Assembly: GCA_044356295.1 (NCBI GenBank)
Contig: JBIKWN010000006.1
Span: 15,902 to 79,901 of the forward strand
Reading direction: 5' to 3'
DNA from: Bdellovibrionota bacterium
GTDB taxonomy: Bacteria > Bdellovibrionota_C > UBA2361 > JBIKWN01
Length of the DNA stretch: 64,000 nucleotides
Positions 8,994-18,704 of this stretch are shown here, in pieces; positions within the stretch are counted from its first letter, which is position 1, and every line of letters starts with the position of its first letter. The notes beneath the pieces were generated by a model, which saw only the letters and a list, made by a program, of their open reading frames with translations, was not told where the DNA came from and did no database searches. The position numbers were made by a program, and so were the translations under genes.

Positions 8994-10166
8994 ATGGAAT
9001 TTGATACGGTTGTAATAGGTGGTGGCGCGGCTGGGCTCATGTGCGCTATCGAAGCTGCAAAACGTGGACGACGTGTGGCTCTGCTTGAAAAGGCGGGACA
9101 ACTTGGTAAAAAAATCCTAATTTCTGGTGGTGGAAGGTGCAATTTCACCAATATTCATGCAACCCCTGCAAACTATATCTCTCAGAATCCTCATTTCTGT
9201 AAATCAGCACTGTCTCGGTATACCCCATTTCATTTCATCGAATTAGTTGAAAAATACAGTATCGCCTATCACGAAAAAACACTTGGTCAACAGTTTTGTG
9301 ATGATTCTTCTCGTCAGATTGTTGCTCTACTAAAAAGTGAATGTGACGAACATGGTGTTCAGATTTTCCTCGACGAAACAGTGACTACGATCAATAAAGA
9401 TGAAAAGTTTCATATCGAGTCTTCTAAAGGAATTTTTCATTCAGAAACACTTGTTATAGCAACTGGTGGTCTTTCAATTCCAAAAATGGGTGCGACTGAT
9501 TTTGGTCATCAGATTGCAAAACAGTTTGGATTATCACTCGTAACGTGTCGTCCTGGACTTGTGCCACTGACTTTTAATGATACTGATTTAAAAATATATA
9601 GTTCTCTAAGCGGTGTTGCTCATCCGACCGTTGCAACTTGTAACGATGAATCTTTTAAAGAAAGCTTTCTTTTTACTCATAAAGGATTAAGCGGGCCAGC
9701 TATTTTACAGATTAGTTCTTATTGGAATTCTGGGGATACGATCTCATTGAATCTTTTACCTGAAATTAATCTATATAATGATTTAGTAAGACGTAAAAAG
9801 AATAGTGAGAGAAACGAATTAAAGACTGTTCTTGGAAATTTCTTCTCTAAAAAATTAGCAGAAACTTTGATTACTCAAATTGGAATTAATAAACCGATAA
9901 ATGAATATGCAGACAAAGATCTAGAGGCTTTGTCAAAAAGAATTCACAACTGGGCCTATAAGCCAAATGGTACTGAAGGATACGCAAAAGCCGAAGTCAC
10001 AATCGGCGGCGTTGATACAAATGAGCTTTCTTCAAAAACAATGGAATCCAAAAAAGCACCTGGGCTATTTTTTATTGGCGAAGCTGTTGATGTAACAGGT
10101 CATCTGGGCGGATTTAATTTTCAATGGGCTTGGGCTTCTGGATTTGCTGCTGGGCAATACTGCTAA
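8994..10166 (+). CDS. HI0933/YhiN (BaiN-like) NAD(P)/FAD-dependent oxidoreductase
   Basis: GGGAAG, GKKILISGGGRCNFTN, LFTHKGLSGP, GGFNFQWAWASG. Confidence 0.93.
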   Translation: MEFDTVVIGGGAAGLMCAIEAAKRGRRVALLEKAGQLGKKILISGGGRCNFTNIHATPANYISQNPHFCKSALSRYTPFHFIELVEKYSIAYHEKTLGQQFCDDSSRQIVALLKSECDEHGVQIFLDETVTTINKDEKFHIESSKGIFHSETLVIATGGLSIPKMGATDFGHQIAKQFGLSLVTCRPGLVPLTFNDTDLKIYSSLSGVAHPTVATCNDESFKESFLFTHKGLSGPAILQISSYWNSGDTISLNLLPEINLYNDLVRRKKNSERNELKTVLGNFFSKKLAETLITQIGINKPINEYADKDLEALSKRIHNWAYKPNGTEGYAKAEVTIGGVDTNELSSKTMESKKAPGLFFIGEAVDVTGHLGGFNFQWAWASGFAAGQYC

Positions 10167-10172
10167 ACTTAA

Positions 10173-10934
10173 TTAATGTGAAACCGAACCCTTGTGTACA
10201 CGATTTAAAAAACGTTGGGCTACATTGACTTCTGCTAAAGCAGCAAGAGCAAGAACAAATATGGATATAACAAGAATTATAGCACTTGCTCTTTCAACTC
10301 TATAAAATTCACCCGATTTAAATTTATACTTTTTAAAAGCCTTAAACAAAAACGTTCCAGCCATGCCAGCTAAAACATATGCAAGCACTTCTAAAAAAAG
10401 ATGCGGTAAGAAAATAAAAGGTGTGGTCGCCGACGAACTAGTATCTGTAACTATATAAAGTATAACTTGTGACCAGTTCAGAGCATTCCAAGCTAAAATG
10501 AGCGTCAGCCCACCACTACCAAAAACAAAAGAATAAAGTAGTCCAATAATCAGAATAGGATAATTAGTTTGAATAAGTGAAACAGTTGTATGCTCACCAA
10601 AAAAAGCACTATGCTTAAAAAGTAGTAATCCAGGGTAAAAAGAATAAAACAGAACTGCTGTCATAAAGATTCCAGCAAAAATCACTGCAATCTTTATCGA
10701 TAAATCAAAATTTGCTATCCAAGGTGAATGACCATTTGCCCATATATTTTCACGATTTTCTTCAAGTAACTCTGCTATCTGGTCGGACAGACCAAGTGCA
10801 ATCAGCCCAGTACAAAAAATAGCTACATTCTCGCTAAAACAGACCCATGAAAAAATGAATGATAAAGCACTAATTATTATCGTTCTTAAGAAGATATTAG
10901 GCAGTGCACATCTATTAGCCAGAATCATATTCAA
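10173..10934 (-). CDS. SpoIIM-like (DUF95) multi-pass membrane protein
   Basis: Multiple TM segments; LPHLFLEVLAYVLAG and LAALAE motifs. Confidence 0.6.
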   Translation of the reverse strand: MNMILANRCALPNIFLRTIIISALSFIFSWVCFSENVAIFCTGLIALGLSDQIAELLEENRENIWANGHSPWIANFDLSIKIAVIFAGIFMTAVLFYSFYPGLLLFKHSAFFGEHTTVSLIQTNYPILIIGLLYSFVFGSGGLTLILAWNALNWSQVILYIVTDTSSSATTPFIFLPHLFLEVLAYVLAGMAGTFLFKAFKKYKFKSGEFYRVERASAIILVISIFVLALAALAEVNVAQRFLNRVHKGSVSH

Positions 10935-10945
10935 TCTTTGCGATC

Positions 10946-11512
10946 TTATAATGGAGGTACGAATGAACCAACTTCACATGAAATTGATGAAGCCACATCA
11001 AGATATACAATAATATTTGCTGTATTCGCTGCACCTAATTGTGATCGAAAGAATTGTCCAGGTCTTATTTTAATATTAAAACTATTTTTAATATTATTAC
11101 CTCTGAAGATCAGCGCCTGTTCATAACAACGCCAAAACATATCATTCCTAGCTTTCTGTTTCTCAGGAGTCAACGCTGCGCCAGCAACTGAAGGCGTAAA
11201 ATATATGGTAAATTTACCTGCACTGGGCTGTTCGCGAGCACCTGGGGCTAGCATCGGTTCAAAACAATACATAGGTCCATCGATAGCCATTCTGTAACTA
11301 TTTTCTTCGACGTTATAGTCAAGTAAAACACTGGAAGCGAGGTGTCCGCTATTTGAACCAAACCCACAATGTATCATATCAGCTCTGTCTCGTGGCAATT
11401 GGCCTAGACTAAATTGCTCGTTTGCTTGATTTTGGCTGATACAAATACTGGTATAAAAAATTAATACACAGAATGATAAGATAAGTTGTAATTTGTTTTT
11501 AATTTTTAGCAC
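10946..11512 (-). CDS. Hypothetical exported protein
   Basis: Signal-peptide-like N-terminus, several cysteines, no recognised family. Confidence 0.55.
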   Translation of the reverse strand: MLKIKNKLQLILSFCVLIFYTSICISQNQANEQFSLGQLPRDRADMIHCGFGSNSGHLASSVLLDYNVEENSYRMAIDGPMYCFEPMLAPGAREQPSAGKFTIYFTPSVAGAALTPEKQKARNDMFWRCYEQALIFRGNNIKNSFNIKIRPGQFFRSQLGAANTANIIVYLDVASSISCEVGSFVPPL

Positions 11513-11554
11513 GATAATTTCTCTCTATAAATAAAATTTGATCACTAGTCATGA

Positions 11555-11986
11555 CTATAAAATTTGTTTTTTTATTGGTGGTATAGGAGTTGGCGTTTTT
11601 GCAATAGGAGGTTTGATAACTACAGTAGCTTTCTTCGTAGGCGTTGTAGTCGGTTTTTTAGTTGCAGTCATAGTGGCTTTTGGCGCTGGCGTTCTGGTTG
11701 GTGTCGGTACAGCTGTAGGTTGTAAAATATTTGCTTGTTGTGGATTGTTTTGCTCTTGAGGTGGTAAATTAAAAATTTCTCTTTGTCTTCTCTGCGAAAT
11801 TATTATTAATGTTTCATCTTCATCATCTGTATCAGTAAATCGATCCTGTATGGCTTTATTTTGAGGGTCCCCTGCTCCCCTTCCTATTGCGTTATGGGAT
11901 CTATCTACAAGGGGGATAGCTAGAATAATAAGTACTACAATAACAAAGATTGGAAGGATAGTTTTAACCAAATTGGGATTATTCAT
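11555..11986 (-). CDS. Hypothetical membrane-anchored protein with Pro/Thr/Lys-rich tail
   Basis: N-terminal TM helix and a PTPTRTPAPKAT... low-complexity C-terminus. Confidence 0.6.
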   Translation of the reverse strand: MNNPNLVKTILPIFVIVVLIILAIPLVDRSHNAIGRGAGDPQNKAIQDRFTDTDDEDETLIIISQRRQREIFNLPPQEQNNPQQANILQPTAVPTPTRTPAPKATMTATKKPTTTPTKKATVVIKPPIAKTPTPIPPIKKQIL

Positions 11987-12115
11987 AGGTTAATGGCTAA
12001 GAGTGAACACCTGTAGAATTTTACAGGTTTATAGCTTTAACGAAACAGATAATCTTCAAGAGCTAGCTAAAAAAGGGCATGTAAAACTAAGTGTTTACGA
12101 TTAGCAAGTTATAAT

Positions 12116-12832
12116 CTAATTTTTAAAGTCTAACACTTGAACCTCTCCTACTTGAAGGTCGTTCAATTGATATACTCCAAACGAAATCCTTTTAAGCTTT
12201 ATAACTTCATGTCCGATTGCTTCACATAATTTCCGGATTTCACGATTCTTACCTTGTTGTAAGGTAATAAGCAGGATTGTTTCTTTCCCACTGGATTTTC
12301 GAACTACAACTTCTTTCGCTATCAGTTTGATATTCTCGAATATGATTCCTTTTGTTAGTTTTTCAAGAGATGTTTTTGATGGTTCTCCTTTAACAGTCAC
12401 AATATAGGTTCGTGGGATATTATTTTTTGGATCTAACAGATCATTTGCAAACTGATTATCATTGGTAAAAAGTAGTAACCCAGATGTTGCCATATCGAGT
12501 CGTCCAATTGCTTTTAAATGTCGATACTGTTCTGGTAATAGATCATAAACAGTACCTCTCCCTTTCTCATCTGAAGATGTGGTAACGACTCCTTTAGGTT
12601 TATGAAAAGCAATCAGTATTTTTTCATTCGTTTGAAGTTTGCTTACTTCAATGCCATCAATTGAAACTTGAGAATCAATCGAGATATACGCCAGAGGATC
12701 TTTGACGGTTTTACCGTTGACTTTGACTTTGCCTTCTCTAATAAGAATGGATGCTTTACTGCGAGATGCAAGCCCACGCTTGGACAGTAACCTCTGGAGT
12801 TCAGTCCTTTTCTGGGTAACTTTTTTAAGCAT
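12116..12832 (-). CDS. RluB/RsuA family rRNA pseudouridine synthase
   Basis: S4 domain (LSKRGLASRSKA), HKPKGVVTT, GRLDMATSGLLLFTND, GKNREIRK. Confidence 0.92.
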   Translation of the reverse strand: MLKKVTQKRTELQRLLSKRGLASRSKASILIREGKVKVNGKTVKDPLAYISIDSQVSIDGIEVSKLQTNEKILIAFHKPKGVVTTSSDEKGRGTVYDLLPEQYRHLKAIGRLDMATSGLLLFTNDNQFANDLLDPKNNIPRTYIVTVKGEPSKTSLEKLTKGIIFENIKLIAKEVVVRKSSGKETILLITLQQGKNREIRKLCEAIGHEVIKLKRISFGVYQLNDLQVGEVQVLDFKN

Positions 12833-12957
12833 AGAAATGCATTATATAAGCTAATTGCGCTCAATTGTTAGTATCGGTTTTAATTTTCCAGCAATTGGAG
12901 GGTAGCTTGACTATCGTGCGGTCGAGTAGCTCAAAAAGAGGTTCTCATATCGACAGA

Positions 12958-13269
12958 TTAGTTCATTGAAATATTAATTGGCTTGAGCGTTAAGCCTAAA
13001 CGCTCATTGAGTTTCTCACGAAGGCGATTCTCGATTTCAGAAGAAATAGAAACATCACAACGTAGTGTGCGTGCTAGTCGTATCGTTAAAAGATATGTAC
13101 GTTTTGATTCCGCACACTCTTCACAACTACATTCATGTGCTTCCATCATCGCTTTCATAGTCTTAGGAAGTTCACCGTCAGCATAATCGCAAAGCTGAGC
13201 TTCAAACTCATCACATGAAATCTGCCCTTTCTCAAGAATCATCACCTGCTCTTCTGTGTAAATCGTCAC
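12958..13269 (-). CDS. Zinc-binding anti-sigma factor (zf-HC2/ZAS)
   Basis: SCDEFEAQLCDYADGEL...AHECSCEEC (H-x3-C-x2-C); GTG start at 13269 after AGGGGA is more plausible than the TTG at 13377. Confidence 0.75.
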   Translation of the reverse strand: MTIYTEEQVMILEKGQISCDEFEAQLCDYADGELPKTMKAMMEAHECSCEECAESKRTYLLTIRLARTLRCDVSISSEIENRLREKLNERLGLTLKPINISMN

Positions 13270-13474
13270 GTCGTCCCCTGTTTTGTTTACCTTGTCTTTC
13301 ACCCCAGAAACGTCGGAAGAATCGTCCGTTTCATTTAGCTTACAGGTTTGATTCTTTTTGATACAAAAACGGTGCAACTTTTTTACAATTTTGTTACGTA
13401 TTCTATAACATATTGATATTACTAGCTTAAATACAAGAAACTTCCGCCCTTTTCTCTTCGACTAGTAGGTATAC

Positions 13475-13607
13475 CAATGTCATTAAGTTAAGAACTTAAG
13501 TACCGTGACCTTGAGCGTGAGCCTGAGCGTGACCCAAATGATTTAAGGTCACGCTCACGCCTACGGTCATGGTCACGGGGTAGAAATGCCTTAACTTAAA
13601 GACATTG
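13475..13607. mobile_element. MITE/REP-like long hairpin element
   Basis: 18-bp terminal inverted repeats caatgtcattaagttaag / cttaacttaaagacattg (17/18) enclose a second stem of about 32 bp made of (c/g)gtga(g/c)c hexamers. Confidence 0.7.
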
Positions 13608-13668
13608 AGTAGAACTACCTGCGATTTTTCGCACAAACAACTATCAATTTATTTAGGAGAAACCCCCT

Positions 13669-14025
13669 ATGTCCAATAGCTTCACGAATCCAGCCACAAC
13701 AAACCTTGGTAATACTGTCTATTCACAACTAGCAGCTAGCGACACCCAAAACCAATTAACAGATGCTCAACGGGTCAGCGGTAACCATATTAATAAGATC
13801 GAAACAGACCTTGCAGGAGCATCGAGCCTTGAGAATGACCCAGCAAAAGTGAGCGCTTGGGCAAAAGAGCATGGATACGGAGATGTCAAAAATCAAAACG
13901 CACTCATTTCAATGATTCAGTCAAAGTTAGATAGATCTTCACAAGTATTTTTAACACTTCAAAAAGTAAGAGACCGCTCACACGATATGATGATGGAGAT
14001 AATCCGTGCTTTAGGAAAAGTCTAA
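13669..14025 (+). CDS. Hypothetical protein; C-terminus resembles type III needle/filament subunits
   Basis: Strong AGGAG RBS; no signal peptide; C-terminal helix MIQSKLDRSSQVFLTLQKVRDRSHDMMMEIIRAL. Confidence 0.65.
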   Translation: MSNSFTNPATTNLGNTVYSQLAASDTQNQLTDAQRVSGNHINKIETDLAGASSLENDPAKVSAWAKEHGYGDVKNQNALISMIQSKLDRSSQVFLTLQKVRDRSHDMMMEIIRALGKV

Positions 14026-14074
14026 CCATTCACAACAAAAAACTATTATCTTTTAATTATTAATAAGGATTTTT

Positions 14075-15091
14075 ATGTCACTACAAACTTCATCAACATC
14101 ACCATCAACTAATGTAACAACGACGACAAACAATCAAACACAAAGCACACCTCCTGCCGTTCAAACAGGTTCTCTTGTTGCAGTACTTTCTAAGTTATCA
14201 GGTAAAAAAGTTACCGCTGATCAACTAACAAACATGAAATTTTCAGAAGAAATTCTGTATGCATCATCTGTGCATAGCGAGCTGTCTAAAACATCAAAAC
14301 CACTTCTGCAAACATTCATGAGTGAGCTCAAAGAACGATATGACCGCAGAATCAAACGAAACGATACACAACCTATCGCTAAAGCAATCAACGATATTCT
14401 AGATAATGGAGTAAAGGGTAAAAAAATAACCCAAAAACAGTACGAAACAATTCTTGCGAAAGCGCTCGGCAATTCTCAAGTTGATAAAAATAAAGCTGCG
14501 GTAGGAAATCAAATAAGAACTGGTGGTATGGATAAAGCTACAAGTCTAACCAAAAATAATACAGCAGCCACAAAAAAAGCTGTGGATGCATTTGAAAAAT
14601 CTGTTTCCACACTTAAGTTTCAGGCCCCTGCAACAACACGAACTCAAGTTGCTAATATGCAAAAGATATTTGACTCTCTTAAGAAAGCGACTCCTAAAAC
14701 TCCAAAACCTGAAACATCGACAAAACCTTCAAACAGTGACGAAACTGGCACTGTCAAAACAAACACTCCGGATCCAACAAAAGATTCAAGTCCAAATCAT
14801 TTTGATTTTAGGATTAAATCTGATGTTGATGGAAAACTCTTGGTTCGTTTACCGATTACTTTTAGACAAGACATAGAGTCAGTATCCTTAGTAGACAGCA
14901 ATGGCAAAGTCCTCGAAGAACAACCGCTCAAACAAAAAGGTGAAGACAATCGTTACTATTTTAGATTTACTAAAGCAGGCGATAAATACGCAGATAGCCT
15001 AGAGGTAAGAATTAATTATCAAAATGGCACACAGATGCCAATCTCAATTAAAGATGCACGAAGCAATTACAGCCAAGAATATCAGGGATGA
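14075..15091 (+). CDS. Hypothetical protein: S/T/Q-rich N-terminus, helical middle, C-terminal beta-rich domain
   Basis: 338-aa ORF with AAGGA RBS; P/T/K linker before the last ~100 aa. Confidence 0.7.
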   Translation: MSLQTSSTSPSTNVTTTTNNQTQSTPPAVQTGSLVAVLSKLSGKKVTADQLTNMKFSEEILYASSVHSELSKTSKPLLQTFMSELKERYDRRIKRNDTQPIAKAINDILDNGVKGKKITQKQYETILAKALGNSQVDKNKAAVGNQIRTGGMDKATSLTKNNTAATKKAVDAFEKSVSTLKFQAPATTRTQVANMQKIFDSLKKATPKTPKPETSTKPSNSDETGTVKTNTPDPTKDSSPNHFDFRIKSDVDGKLLVRLPITFRQDIESVSLVDSNGKVLEEQPLKQKGEDNRYYFRFTKAGDKYADSLEVRINYQNGTQMPISIKDARSNYSQEYQG

Positions 15092-15492
15092 TGTGAAGCT
15101 ACTTTTTCGTTTTCACTAACAACAGCGCTCACTACTTTTTCAATCTGCTGCGCGAGTGATAACGTTTTTGTCGTGGTTTCAACGAGTGGAGCCACGACTC
15201 TTTCTGCGATAAGTTTATCTGGAAGCATCATTGCTCTTCTAGGCTTTACCAATGGTTCTCTCCATATATTAAGAAGATACTGGTCAATCTTCTGCTTATT
15301 GATCCACTATTGTTTTTAGTGCTGGTTGATAATCAAAAAACCCTGTTTCAAACTTACTTAATTGCACAATCTGACTAGCAAAAAACCTCTGTTATTCTGA
15401 CAAGATCTGGCTTAGTCTGAGCTTCGTAGTATCTTAAAGTTATAGCGAGTCACGCTTTAATGTTAAGAGATTTAATTTATCGGAGATTATTC

Positions 15493-15780
15493 ATGCTCAA
15501 CATCAAAACTGTTGTTCTTTTCGCTTCCCTTGCAACTTTAACTGCTTGTTCAGGAATTAGAACAAGTGGCAATTCATTTACTACTCATGCAGAATCATTT
15601 CGTATTCTAGGAATTCAAATTCCTGAAAACGATCAAGCAAAAGCATTGTCAATGGTTCCTGCAGGAGCAAAAATTGACACTCAAACTACAACACCAACTG
15701 ATTGGACATCACTTGTAGGAGCGCTGAGCAATATTCTTTGGTTCGGTGGGACTCAAATTAGTGGTACTACAAGCAAGTAA
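15493..15780 (+). CDS. Small lipoprotein (TRL-like)
   Basis: GGAG RBS, lipobox LTAC-SG. Confidence 0.7.
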   Translation: MLNIKTVVLFASLATLTACSGIRTSGNSFTTHAESFRILGIQIPENDQAKALSMVPAGAKIDTQTTTPTDWTSLVGALSNILWFGGTQISGTTSK

Positions 15781-15817
15781 TACCCCTAAAAAATATAGCT
15801 CATAAAATGAGTTATGC

Positions 15818-15851
15818 ATGGCGGATTGAGAAATCAATCCGCCATTTTTTT
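15818..15851 (+). terminator. Intrinsic terminator between convergent genes
   Basis: atggcggattga-gaaa-tcaatccgccat followed by a T run. Confidence 0.8.
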
Positions 15852-15887
15852 ATTACTTTGAAAAAATGTATAAATTGATACAGATTA

Positions 15888-16577
15888 CTATGCGACGAAC
15901 TTATACCCAACACCGTGAACGGTGAGAATATGTTTCGGATCCTCGCTATTGCTCTCAACTTTTTGACGAAGTCGTGCAATATGATTATCAACAGTTCGAG
16001 TAGATGGGTATGAATTATAGCCCCATACTTCATCAAGCAACTCATCCCGAGTTACAACTGAACCATTTTTAGCAACAAGATATTTTAGTAATCGATACTC
16101 ACGAGCAGATAGTTCAAGAGGTGTCTGATCCCTTTCAGCTTTATACGCTTTGAAATCTACAATCACATTTGAAAAAGTAACTTTTTCAACTTCTTTAGTT
16201 GAGAGTCCTCTTCGAAGCAGCGCCTTTGCACGAGCAACAAGCTCCATCATCCCAAACGGTTTTGCTAAATAATCATCTGCTCCAAGGTCGAGTCCAAGAA
16301 CTTTATCTACTTCAGCAGAGCGAGCAGTTAAAAGAATTAACGGAGTTGAGATTCCAGAATTACGGATCTCTTTACATGCTTGAAGCCCATCCTTCACGGG
16401 CATCATGACGTCCATAATAATGAGGTCTGGTTTTTCGTCTTCGATAAGTTTTATACCCGCCTCACCGTCACCGGCTTCCACAACGGCAAATCCAGTATGT
16501 TCAAGATTGAGAGCAAGAGCCCGTCGAACGCTCTCATCGTCATCGATAATTGCTACTTTAAATCCGGCTATATTCAT
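15888..16577 (-). CDS. OmpR/PhoB family response regulator
   Basis: IDDD, MDVMMP, GADDYLAKPF, winged helix RTVDNHIARLRQK...TVHGVGYKF. Confidence 0.95.
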   Translation of the reverse strand: MNIAGFKVAIIDDDESVRRALALNLEHTGFAVVEAGDGEAGIKLIEDEKPDLIIMDVMMPVKDGLQACKEIRNSGISTPLILLTARSAEVDKVLGLDLGADDYLAKPFGMMELVARAKALLRRGLSTKEVEKVTFSNVIVDFKAYKAERDQTPLELSAREYRLLKYLVAKNGSVVTRDELLDEVWGYNSYPSTRTVDNHIARLRQKVESNSEDPKHILTVHGVGYKFVA

Positions 16578-16750
16578 ATTGATGACTGATGCTCCAAAGA
16601 AAAACCTACAATATCTTTAAGAGTAACAGATACATAGCTCTTTTGCATCTAAAAAATGCCTGCCAAGCTATTGATTTCGCTAGTAGTTATCCGTATTCTT
16701 ACCCCTCTAATTTTTATAATCCGACAATTTTAGTAGTTCGGGACATTCTT

Positions 16751-17071
16751 ATGAACAAGAAATACGCTGTTATTCGCGCTCAAGGTAAACAAATGACTGT
16801 GAGCGAAGGTGAGACTTTTGATATCGATATGATCGAAGGAGAAGCTGGAACATCTGTAACTTTTGATGAAGTTTTGATGGTTTCAGATGAGGGAGCTTCT
16901 AAAGTTGGAACCCCTACTCTTTCTTCTGCTAAGGTTACTGCTAAAATCGTTAAGCAGTTCCGTGGTAAGAAACTTATCGCTTATCGAAAAAACATTACTC
17001 ATGGTTTCACCAAAAAAATTGGTCACCGTCAGTATCGCACTCAACTTGTTGTTGAAAGCATCGCAGCATAA
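16751..17071 (+). CDS. rplU: 50S ribosomal protein L21
   Basis: YAVIRAQGKQMTVSEG...GHRQYRT; true start is MNKKY, not the extended ORF start. Confidence 0.95.
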   Translation: MNKKYAVIRAQGKQMTVSEGETFDIDMIEGEAGTSVTFDEVLMVSDEGASKVGTPTLSSAKVTAKIVKQFRGKKLIAYRKNITHGFTKKIGHRQYRTQLVVESIAA

Positions 17072-17097
17072 TTTATTTTTTAAAGAGAGATTAAGTC

Positions 17098-17361
17098 ATG
17101 GCAACCAAAAAAGCCGGTGGTAGTACCAAAAACGGACGAGACAGTGCAGGTCGTAGACTTGGTGTTAAACGTTTCGGTGGTGAAGTAGTTCGTGCGGGGA
17201 ACATTCTTGTTCGTCAACGTGGAACCACATATCACGCTGGAAAAAATGTTGGCATGGGTAGAGACCATACTCTTTTCGCTCTTATTGATGGTGTTGTTTC
17301 TTTCCGAAAAGGACTTAGACAATCTATCAGTGTACAACCTGCCGATGCAGTAGCTGCGTAA
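17098..17361 (+). CDS. rpmA: 50S ribosomal protein L27
   Basis: [16 protein letters not shown]...RLGVKRFGG...GRDHTLFAL. Confidence 0.98.
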   Translation: MATKKAGGSTKNGRDSAGRRLGVKRFGGEVVRAGNILVRQRGTTYHAGKNVGMGRDHTLFALIDGVVSFRKGLRQSISVQPADAVAA

Positions 17362-17405
17362 GCTTTTAAGCAGTTTTTTACTGTTTAAAACGGTTAGCTT
17401 AATTG

Positions 17406-17435
17406 TAGGGAGCTTTTAATGCTCCCTATTTTTTT
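17406..17435 (+). terminator. Intrinsic terminator/attenuator between rpmA and obgE
   Basis: tagggagc-ttttaat-gctcccta followed by T7. Confidence 0.75.
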
Positions 17436-17447
17436 AGGAATTTTTTT

Positions 17448-18461
17448 GTGAAATTTGTTGATACCGCACAGATAGAGTGTCGCGCTGGTAAAGGCGGTGC
17501 AGGATCACGCCATTTTCGCAGAGAAGCCATGGTTCAATACGGCGGTCCTGATGGTGGAAACGGCGGCAAAGGCGGATCTGTTATTCTGATTGCAGATAAA
17601 AACAAACACACACTTTTAGATTTTTCTTTTCAACCAAAATGGAAAGCCCAAGATGGTGGCGGCGGTGAAGGCGGCAGACGCTCTGGGAAAAACGGCGAAG
17701 ATTTAAAGATACTCATCCCTGTTGGTACAGAGATTTTCAATTCTGAAACACAAGAGCTTGTATGCGACCTTGTCGAGGATGGACAAGAATTTATCCTTTG
17801 CAAGGGTGGTCGCGGCGGAAAAGGGAATGACTTTTTTAAGTCTGCTACGAATCGTGCCCCTGAACATGCACAACCTGGCGAAGAGGGCGAATTCGGAACT
17901 TACACGCTGTCTCTAAAATTAATGGCCGATGTTGGGCTTGTTGGATTTCCTAATGCTGGTAAATCTACCCTTATAAGTCGGATATCTGCTGCTCGTCCTA
18001 AGATTGCTGACTACCCGTTTACTACCCTCACCCCAAATCTTGGAGTTGTTCAAGGGAAGGGTGGCTTCTCTTTCGTTGTAGCTGATATTCCAGGACTTAT
18101 TCCTGGCGCCTCAGAAGGCAAAGGTTTGGGGATTCACTTCCTAAAACACATAGAACGAACTCGAGTCATTACGCATCTAATAGATATAGAGGGTCTCAAT
18201 GAATTGGGTGAGCCAATTAATGTTGTGGACTCCTATGATAGTATTCGGACTGAGCTTCAAAATTTTTCTGAGGAACTTGCGAATCGACCAACTATAGTTG
18301 TTTTTTCGAAGGCCGACATTTCGCAAGACAAAGAAAAAATCCAAGAAGCCCAGAGAGCTTTTGAGGAAAGAGGGATAAAAACCCTTGTTATTTCAAGTGC
18401 TTCCGGTGAAGGTATTCAAGAACTAATAGATACCCTTACCAAGCTGCTTCAAGTAACTTAA
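17448..18461 (+). CDS. obgE: GTPase ObgE/CgtA
   Basis: GGPDGGNGGKGG Obg fold, GFPNAGKST, YPFTTL, DIPG. Confidence 0.97.
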   Translation: MKFVDTAQIECRAGKGGAGSRHFRREAMVQYGGPDGGNGGKGGSVILIADKNKHTLLDFSFQPKWKAQDGGGGEGGRRSGKNGEDLKILIPVGTEIFNSETQELVCDLVEDGQEFILCKGGRGGKGNDFFKSATNRAPEHAQPGEEGEFGTYTLSLKLMADVGLVGFPNAGKSTLISRISAARPKIADYPFTTLTPNLGVVQGKGGFSFVVADIPGLIPGASEGKGLGIHFLKHIERTRVITHLIDIEGLNELGEPINVVDSYDSIRTELQNFSEELANRPTIVVFSKADISQDKEKIQEAQRAFEERGIKTLVISSASGEGIQELIDTLTKLLQVT

Positions 18462-18704
18462 ATATTGTGTCTGGCGAGCTTTATTCCGATATACTATTTA
18501 TATAAGGGAGTGATGTTGTAACAGACACTACTCTTGGTTTTTGGAGATACATACTACGTTTACTAATTTGGTTCGCAGTAAAAAATTTCAAAGCACACAC
18601 TGTAAAACAGTCAAATCTTCTTTGTGCTTCATTTCTCAATCTAAAAATTTTCCTTTCTTAAGCAGTACAAACCTTACTTTTATTAACGGAGGACTTACCA
18701 CTTC

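Noticed and set aside
13406..13418. Perfect IHF consensus, with weaker matches near 44818 and 51404
   Set aside because: Short AT-rich motif expected by chance in AT-rich spacers; not listed as a feature without binding data
16589..16750. N-terminal extension of rplU in the ORF track
   Set aside because: L21 homology starts at MNKKY (16751); the upstream part is promoter region
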